From NCBI GenBank assembly GCA_964534625.1, contig CAZHRF010000045.1, forward strand, positions 1 through 23,487: a stretch of DNA of 23,487 bases, written 5' to 3'. Shown here in pieces: positions 17,208 to 23,487 of the stretch. Origin of the DNA: an uncultured archaeon (GTDB lineage Archaea; Asgardarchaeota; Heimdallarchaeia; Heimdallarchaeales; Heimdallarchaeaceae). The notes beneath the pieces are model-generated. The model saw nothing but the letters and a program-made list of their open reading frames with translations, had not been told where the DNA came from and ran no database searches. A program made the position numbers and the translations under genes. Every line of letters begins with the position of its first letter. Position 1 is the first letter of the stretch.

Positions 17208-19349
17208 ATGGCTAAAAATAAATTACAAGCAGATCAAGGTTTACTTTCTTACTTTATTAAGCAAGTCAGACCAGAACTAGCTAAGAAAATAACTCAAATG
17301 AAAACTATTGAGACAATGATTGTAGGATTAGGTCGCCAAGGAACTAGGCATGCCCAATTGATGATGGAATATGGTACTAATGTTACTTGTGGTGTCGCCC
17401 CTGGAAAAGGTGGAACTAAAGTTCATGAAACCATTCCCGTTTATGAAACAGCTGAGGAAGCAGTTAAATATCATCCTAATATTGCTGTTGCGAGTATTTG
17501 GAGACATTATTCTACAGCTAAGGATGCAACAATTGAAGTTATACGTTCTGGTATACCCATAGTTGTATTAATTTCCGAATTTATTCCTCTAAAAGATGTA
17601 CGAGATATATTGGTTGAAGCCCGAAAACATAATACTATTTTGTTTGGTGGCAATACTCCTGGTATTATCTTTCCTCCTGAAGGAATTAAAGTAGGTATGC
17701 TTCCTGATATTTTTCAACCTGAACTAATTAATGATGATGTTGGTCCTAATGGTGTAAGCATTCTCTCTCGTAGTGGAGCTATCTTATACCATATGTCTGA
17801 TGCTTTATCTAGTGCTGGTATTGCCCAAAATGGTGTTTTTGGTGTTGGAGGTGACGCAGCTATTGGTTCTCGTTTTGTTGATTTAGTTCCCCGTATTATG
17901 GGGTATGAACATACTGATCTAGTTGTTATTGCTGGTGAAATTGGTGGCGCTCAAGAAGAGTTACTTGCACAAGATATGAAGGAGCATCCTGAGAACTATC
18001 CTAAACCATTAGTAGCTTTAATTTCTGGTGCTAATGCTCCCGAAGGTAAAACAATGGGTCATGCTGGTGCTGTTATTGCTCCTGGTAGGAGTTATGGTAC
18101 CTTTGAATCTAAAAAATCTGCCCTTGAAGAAGCTGGAGTAACTGTTGTTAACAGCCAAATTGATCTCATTGAGGTTGTAAAAAAGACACTTAACAAACAA
18201 TACTTTGAAATTGACACTTATTATGAAAAGATGCGCGAAAAATGGAATGCTAAACCTCCAGAACCAACGTGGGGAACGCTTATCACTAATGTTATTCCCA
18301 ATAATTTACTTGTTAGAGGCTATCCTCTCCAAGAAGTAATTGAGCATAAAGGTTTTCTTGAGACTGCTTGTTTGTTATACAGTGGTGAATTTCTAGGTGA
18401 TGAAATCAAAGAAATTGAACAAATAGCTATTGATGCCGCTATGGTGCCTTGTAAACATCAATTAGAGTTTACTGATGCTTCAGATTTCTCTAAAAAATTG
18501 GGTACATACTTGCTATTAGATAATGACTTGGCTGAATATGCAAAGAATGACCAATCCTCTAAGGTAGTGGCGTATATTCTAGGTCGGGCTTTGAGATTTA
18601 TTTCAACTATCCTTGGTACTACCTCTGTTTTAGATTCTGTTAAAGATCAAGCTGTTTTCTTCAATGATTTGATTTATTTAGGCTTTGTTGGTGAAAAAGA
18701 AACCGATACCGCCAAAATCAGATTATTGGAAGCTATGATTACTGCGTGTGTTGACCATGGTATAACTCCTCCTTCTGCTCAGACTACCCGCGTTCTAGCT
18801 TCAACAAGGACCAACTTTGAAGTAGCTGTAGCAGGCGGAATCGAAGCCATAACTGATGTCCATGGTGGAGCCGGGAAAAAAGCTGCTGATTTCTTCCTCT
18901 CTGTTGTCAATAAGTCCAATGAAGAGAACAAAGAAATAGATGATGCTACATTTGACTTAATGGATCAAACAATTAAAGCTGGGAAAAGAATTGAAGGGTT
19001 AGGACATAGAATACACACCCGTGACCCCCGACGTGATGTACTCTGGACCTTAGCTGAAAAATCTGGTTATGCAGGTGAATGTGTTTCTGTATCCAAAATC
19101 ATTAGCAATGTGTTTTATAGAGTAAGAGGAATGAACTTACCCATTAATGTTGATGGGGTTATAGGTGCTATAACAGCTGATATGGGATTAGATCCTAATT
19201 TAGCTAAAGCCATTTTCGTCTTTGGGAGAATAGCCGGATTATCTGCTCATTATAATGAAGAAGTTAACACTCAACCTAAAATGAGAAGAATAGCATTTGA
19301 GAGAGCAGTATATAAAGGAGAATCTAAAAGAACTTTAGAAAGTGAGTGA
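17208..19349 (+). CDS. SucD-like CoA-ligase alpha subunit fused to a citrate-synthase-fold (citryl-CoA lyase-like) domain; AclA-like architecture
   Basis: GVAPGKGG, SRSG, GEIGG, phospho-His MGHAGA; then RGY, DHG, HGGA, GLGHRIH, DPR, NVDG, GR.AG..AH. ATG 17208 follows GGAGTGA. Confidence 0.9.
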   Translation: MAKNKLQADQGLLSYFIKQVRPELAKKITQMKTIETMIVGLGRQGTRHAQLMMEYGTNVTCGVAPGKGGTKVHETIPVYETAEEAVKYHPNIAVASIWRHYSTAKDATIEVIRSGIPIVVLISEFIPLKDVRDILVEARKHNTILFGGNTPGIIFPPEGIKVGMLPDIFQPELINDDVGPNGVSILSRSGAILYHMSDALSSAGIAQNGVFGVGGDAAIGSRFVDLVPRIMGYEHTDLVVIAGEIGGAQEELLAQDMKEHPENYPKPLVALISGANAPEGKTMGHAGAVIAPGRSYGTFESKKSALEEAGVTVVNSQIDLIEVVKKTLNKQYFEIDTYYEKMREKWNAKPPEPTWGTLITNVIPNNLLVRGYPLQEVIEHKGFLETACLLYSGEFLGDEIKEIEQIAIDAAMVPCKHQLEFTDASDFSKKLGTYLLLDNDLAEYAKNDQSSKVVAYILGRALRFISTILGTTSVLDSVKDQAVFFNDLIYLGFVGEKETDTAKIRLLEAMITACVDHGITPPSAQTTRVLASTRTNFEVAVAGGIEAITDVHGGAGKKAADFFLSVVNKSNEENKEIDDATFDLMDQTIKAGKRIEGLGHRIHTRDPRRDVLWTLAEKSGYAGECVSVSKIISNVFYRVRGMNLPINVDGVIGAITADMGLDPNLAKAIFVFGRIAGLSAHYNEEVNTQPKMRRIAFERAVYKGESKRTLESE

Positions 19350-19369
19350 AATAAGATACACAACTACAC

Positions 19370-19420
19370 TTTTGCCACTATTTTTTTCTTTTCTTTACTT
19401 TCCATTTCTGTTTTTCTCCG
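19370..19420 (+). terminator. Oligo-T archaeal terminator after the tricarboxylate operon
   Basis: TTTTTTTTCTTTTCTTT and further T tracts beginning about 30 nt after the stop at 19349. Confidence 0.5.
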
Positions 19421-19835
19421 AGAAATATTGTCTATATACCATAAGCTTTTTCCTACTTTGAATATGCTTTGATAATTCTTATTTTCCACTTGTACCAAGA
19501 CTTATGTAATGCATTTCTTTTTTGCCTTACACTTGTCAATTTTTCAATACTTCATCTATTTGTATAGTATTATTATAAAGATAAAAAAGCTTTTTTTTTA
19601 AATTGTCATTCTAAACGATTTATAATGCATTTAAACCGCTTTTATTTTTTTGGGTTATATCCTTTTTTTGTAACTCAAAAACGTTAAACCCGATTCTATG
19701 CCAGAATCACAAAAAAATAAGTTTTAAACGAAAGCTGTAATGCCCCCATCTTCATTTCTCGATTTTATCGATTAAACATTGATTTAATCGGGTTTGGAGA
19801 CATTTATAGAATTGTCTTAGAGGCTTTCATTCCTT

Positions 19836-19908
19836 AAAATTTATATAGAACCTTATATCTATATTATTCTGATAGTTACTCAAACAGCTATCAAACTTAC
19901 AAAGGTGA
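19836..19908 (+). promoter_or_regulatory. Putative TATA box and RBS of the histone gene
   Basis: AAAATTTATATA at 19836-19847; AGGTGA at 19903-19908 just before ATG 19913. Confidence 0.5.
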
Positions 19909-19912
19909 AAAT

Positions 19913-20092
19913 ATGGCTGACATATTATTAGTAAAATCTAAGGTAAGAGAATACGTCAAAGAACTCGGTGAATATAACATCTCCGGCGACTTTATTGAAG
20001 CTATGAGCAAAGAAGTTGAGACATTGATCAAGAAAGCTGCTGATAGAACAGCTGCTAACAAGAGAAAAACCATCTCTGCTCGCGACGTGTAA
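19913..20092 (+). CDS. Histone-fold protein, 59 aa, truncated-alpha3 type (face-to-face/Bd0055-like); not in ORF track
   Basis: MADILLVKSKVREYVKELGEYNISGDFIEAMSKEVETLIKKAADRTAANKRKTISARDV: VKSKV alpha1, N-I-S loop, long alpha2, RKTIxxxD clamp, ending immediately after it; strong RBS. Confidence 0.92.
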   Translation: MADILLVKSKVREYVKELGEYNISGDFIEAMSKEVETLIKKAADRTAANKRKTISARDV

Positions 20093-20112
20093 TCAATAGA
20101 TGCAAAAGGAAT

Positions 20113-20182
20113 GAAAGATAAAGCTGCCTAATGTGCTTGATTTACAAGAACTAGCCATTAGGACAAAAGTGCTTTATCCTTC
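20113..20182 (+). other. Long interrupted hairpin in the histone 3' UTR
   Basis: Nested pairs GATAAAGC(20117-24)/GCTTTATC(20171-78), CCTAATG(20127-33)/CATTAGG(20156-62), CTTG/CAAG; followed by T-tracts from 20207. Confidence 0.55.
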
Positions 20183-20442
20183 TTAAAATCTTTAAAGCTA
20201 TCGACATTTTTATTTTTTTCTTTTTACTTTCTTCTTTTTAGTTTATCATTTCTTTAACCAACTATTTTTGTCGGTATTTTGACCTCTTAAAGCCTTTTTA
20301 TTAACTATCTTAAAATGTTCTTTGTTTGCTTCAAAAGGTAACTGTCGCTTTATCAGTTAGATTAAGACTTTTCGTAAGAAAAATAGTTTGGTGAAAATTA
20401 ATTCACCTTTTCTGGTGTTTTTATATGCTTTCATTCTTTTTT

Positions 20443-21438
20443 TCACACTACTATCTCATCTATTCTTTTTTGTTCTATTGCCATTTTTATTTCTCTTGCT
20501 ATCCTTTTTCCCATACTCATTTGTTCATTGAATAATATTTGAGAGTATGGTGATCCTTGAATATATAATGATGTTCCTGCTACTATTCTACTTGTGAACT
20601 CGAAAGCCACCATTTCTGTTGGCGTTAATGCTAGTTCTATGCAGTAAGGTCCTATTAATCCTGGTGGGAACAATTCATTTGATTTTGCTTTTAATTGATC
20701 TCCATATTTAAGCATTTTAGGTACCCATGATTCTCTTGCTATTAGTGGCTGGTTGCCCACTACTGTATAGCTGGGTTTGACATAGGATTCTTTTTCTTGA
20801 GATAGTCTGCCTAATGCATCTACATTAGTTTCATATCGTCTATCGATTCCTAACATTTCTACTCTATCATATATTGGAGAGTAAAAGTAATGGGGATACA
20901 TTGTCACACCTACTATATACTCTTGTATTATAGCCTTCTTTGCTTCTTTTTCTGTTATTTCCTCTCCCTTGATTTTTTGTTCTATTTTCTTCTTGAAATC
21001 CGCTTCTGATGAACATAAGAAATATCCTTGCCCACCTTTGGCACCGGGGAATTTGACTATCACTAAGCCATCTATTTCTTCAGGTTTATAGAGTTTAGGC
21101 GTTCTTATTCCAGCTTCTTTAACTATCTTATCGTTCCATTCTCGTCGCATTTCCCATATCATGCCTTTCTTATTGCCTAACATGGGTATTTTCATATCTT
21201 GGACTCTTTCACCTAAGTTATCTATTATTGTTCCATGGGGGATTAGTATGGTATCATCATCATCTTTTTCCAACATTTCTTCATAACTTTCAAATGTTAC
21301 TATCTCATCTGCTACAGGATATCTTTCATACAAGAATTCTCTGCCTTTTATGACATATACCCTTGTTTTCATCTGTTCTTGTTTAGCTCCATATAAGATT
21401 TGTAAAGCCGAATGGCTTCCTACTGTTGATATTATCAT
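20443..21438 (-). CDS. purP: PurP-family formate--phosphoribosylaminoimidazolecarboxamide ligase (ATP-grasp)
   Basis: GSHSALQI..GAK, IPHGT, KFPGAKGG.GYF, LGIDRRYE, VVGN, GPYCIE, SRIVAGT; ATG at 21438. Confidence 0.9.
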   Translation of the reverse strand: MIISTVGSHSALQILYGAKQEQMKTRVYVIKGREFLYERYPVADEIVTFESYEEMLEKDDDDTILIPHGTIIDNLGERVQDMKIPMLGNKKGMIWEMRREWNDKIVKEAGIRTPKLYKPEEIDGLVIVKFPGAKGGQGYFLCSSEADFKKKIEQKIKGEEITEKEAKKAIIQEYIVGVTMYPHYFYSPIYDRVEMLGIDRRYETNVDALGRLSQEKESYVKPSYTVVGNQPLIARESWVPKMLKYGDQLKAKSNELFPPGLIGPYCIELALTPTEMVAFEFTSRIVAGTSLYIQGSPYSQILFNEQMSMGKRIAREIKMAIEQKRIDEIVV

Positions 21439-21599
21439 TTGCAATCTATGTTTTCTACTTTTTATCCTTTTAAAGATTTTATGCCTTAGAAGTTGCTTTT
21501 CCCTCCTTTCTTTTTGGAAGTAAAAGTTATATACACACCTTCTATTTTATTTTAGCGTTGTTTATTCAATACTTCTGATACTCTTGGAGTTCTGATATT

Positions 21600-22301
21600 T
21601 TGAAACTTGGCATCATCTCTGACATTCACTCGAATTACCCTGCGCTTAAAACCGTCATGGAATATTTCGACAAACAAGACATTTTTACGGTCATTTGTGC
21701 TGGAGATGTTGTTGGGTATTATACCAGCCCTAACATTTGTTGTGATATAGTTAAAATTCGTTGTCAATATACTGTTAAAGGCAATCATGATGCTGCTGTT
21801 ACTGGTAATACCCTAGAACTTTCTTTTTTTAATTCCGAAGCTTCTTTTAGCAATTTCTGGAATGAATTCAAACTTAAAGATATAAACAAATTATGGCTTA
21901 AGAATCTTCCAGAACGAGAACGATTCAAAATTAACAGTATATCCTTTCTTTTAGTTCATGGTACTCCTTCTGATCCCTATGACTATCTCGTTCCTGGGGA
22001 GACTTCGTCATGGGATAAAAAGCTATCATCTATTTTTGCCTCAGTTCCTGAAGATGTTTTGATTGTTGGCCATACCCATAAGCCTAAGGTTTGGTATGGC
22101 GATGATAAAATATTTATCAATCCTGGTGCAATAGGACAACCTCGTGACAGAGATTCTAGGGCTTCTTTTGCTGTTTTTGATACTATCACACGAAAGGCTG
22201 AAATTATTCGTCTAGAGTATCCTATCGAGAAAACTATTGAACACGCAAAAAGTTTTGGTATCTCAAAATTTCTTGCAGAAAGACTTAGAAAAGGCATGTA
22301 A
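21600..22301 (+). CDS. Calcineurin-like metallophosphoesterase (YfcE/MJ0936-related)
   Basis: SDIHSN, GDVVGY, GNHD, VHG, GHTH, NPGAIGQPRD; TTG start. Confidence 0.9.
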   Translation: MKLGIISDIHSNYPALKTVMEYFDKQDIFTVICAGDVVGYYTSPNICCDIVKIRCQYTVKGNHDAAVTGNTLELSFFNSEASFSNFWNEFKLKDINKLWLKNLPERERFKINSISFLLVHGTPSDPYDYLVPGETSSWDKKLSSIFASVPEDVLIVGHTHKPKVWYGDDKIFINPGAIGQPRDRDSRASFAVFDTITRKAEIIRLEYPIEKTIEHAKSFGISKFLAERLRKGM

Positions 22302-22382
22302 TCAAACTTCCCTTCTTTTCTTTACGCTTATCCTTAAAAGAAAAGTTCCTCCTGCTTTTAGTTTTATTTTTTGTTGTTTTTC

Positions 22383-23465
22383 TTATGTTGTTACTTTGTC
22401 TAGCATACCTTTTCGTATTGCCCTTTTAATTTCCATCGCCACTCTTCTTCCAGCTGAGACTGGTTCACCCCAGAATACCCATGAATATTGGCTTCCACGC
22501 CCCATAAAAGAATTCGTTCCTCCGCCCATTCGCATGGATACATCAAAAACAACAAAATCATAGTTTTTAGTGATCATTGTCTGCAGAGCAAAAGGACCTA
22601 TTATCCCTGGAGGGTAAAATTCTTTTGCTGCTTCTACGAATCCATCTCCCATTGGGAAAACATATCTTAACATGGATTCTCTTAATGTTACAGCAAAATT
22701 ACCTATCTCTTTGTATTCTTCCTCTAACGCTAATTTTTCTTGCTGCTTATAGGGTAATCGTACTATTCCATCAAGATCCGTTACCCATCGGCGATCAATA
22801 CCCAATAATTCAACTCGATCATATGTCGGTGAATAAAACAAATTAAAATTAAATGGTACTCCAGGCACAAACTCTTCTATTGACGCTTCTTTTAGGTCTT
22901 CCTTCTTTATTATCCCTTCCTTTACCCTCTTCTCAAATTCTTTCTCAAAATCTTCTTTATTCTTTGCTACAAAAAACCCTCTTTCTACTTTCTGCGTAGC
23001 ATGGGGCATTTTTACTATTATAGGGCTTTCTATATCTTCTGGTTTTTCATATACTCTTGGATATTTTATCTTTGCTTTTTTTAATATCTTATAATAGTTA
23101 TGCTCTCCTGTTCTCTCTTCAACTTTTAATAACCTTCTACTTCCAAATAGAGGTATTTTAAACTTTTTTTCTATTTCTTCTTTTCCACAGTAAACAAAAA
23201 ATGATCTATTTGGTACAAATATGGTGTTTTTTTCTTCTAACTGATTCTGTACTGCATATATATCCGCGAATTTGTCTAGTAGGATCATTTTATCTATTAT
23301 TCTCTCAAATCTTTCATATGGTCCTTCTCTTCCTTTTTCACAAATTACTACTGTCTCGAATCCTTCCCTTTTTGCTCCATCTAACACATCTAATGCAGAG
23401 TGTGATCCAAGTACTCCTATTGTTATCTTTTCTTTATCATATTGATGTATGTTCTTATTTGTCAT
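22383..23465 (-). CDS. purP: PurP-like protein, second paralogue
   Basis: GSHSALDVLDGAKREGF, VPNRSF, ERGFF, LGIDRR, GPFALQ, DVSMRMGGGTN; GAGGG RBS. Confidence 0.88.
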   Translation of the reverse strand: MTNKNIHQYDKEKITIGVLGSHSALDVLDGAKREGFETVVICEKGREGPYERFERIIDKMILLDKFADIYAVQNQLEEKNTIFVPNRSFFVYCGKEEIEKKFKIPLFGSRRLLKVEERTGEHNYYKILKKAKIKYPRVYEKPEDIESPIIVKMPHATQKVERGFFVAKNKEDFEKEFEKRVKEGIIKKEDLKEASIEEFVPGVPFNFNLFYSPTYDRVELLGIDRRWVTDLDGIVRLPYKQQEKLALEEEYKEIGNFAVTLRESMLRYVFPMGDGFVEAAKEFYPPGIIGPFALQTMITKNYDFVVFDVSMRMGGGTNSFMGRGSQYSWVFWGEPVSAGRRVAMEIKRAIRKGMLDKVTT

Positions 23466-23487
23466 TTAATGCCCTCATGACTTTAAA

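Noticed and set aside
15898-19349. Plain sucCD
   Set aside because: The alpha subunit carries a C-terminal CS-fold domain of about 360 aa, and the succinate-site motifs are altered.
19350-19900. Replication origin or CRISPR array in the long AT-rich gap
   Set aside because: No ORB consensus, no adjacent cdc6/orc1, and no regularly spaced direct repeats.
20109-20182. Histone 3' hairpin as a SECIS element or metazoan histone stem-loop
   Set aside because: An AUGA is present, but there is no opposing GA for the quartet and no in-frame UGA in the gene; it does not match the 6-bp/4-nt histone stem-loop consensus.
301-22846. Short ORF-track entries overlapping larger genes (e.g. 301-489, 1111-1431, 2833-3078, 4836-5123, 7539-7841, 17371-17562, 21983-22297, 22237-22563)
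   Set aside because: Antisense or alternate-frame shadows of well-supported genes, with no recognisable motifs.

Overview
AT-rich archaeal chromosomal window. Evidence for archaea: two PurP paralogues, GGTGA/GAGGT ribosome-binding sites, TTTATA boxes, oligo-T terminators and a histone-fold gene. An Asgard/Heimdall-like origin is possible but is only inference. From left to right it holds: a UDP-sugar dehydrogenase (WecC-like), a GT-C-like membrane protein, an RlmF/METTL16-like methyltransferase and a DUSP23-like phosphatase. Next is a sulfate-activation module (two TauE/SafE transporters, AbrB-like regulator, IMPase/CysQ-like phosphatase, fused Sat-CysC) and an unannotated 46-aa ORF. A tightly coupled 7-gene tricarboxylate operon follows: HD hydrolase, NADP-type (homo)isocitrate dehydrogenase-like enzyme, two different LeuCD-type aconitases, a divergent SucC-like subunit and a SucD-like subunit fused to a citrate-synthase-fold lyase domain. 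The window ends with an unannotated 59-aa short-alpha3 histone flanked by structured non-coding sequence, and purP / metallophosphoesterase / purP. The best candidate for an undescribed system is the operon at 10461-19349: a non-canonical ATP-dependent (homo)citrate-type lyase/synthase pathway.
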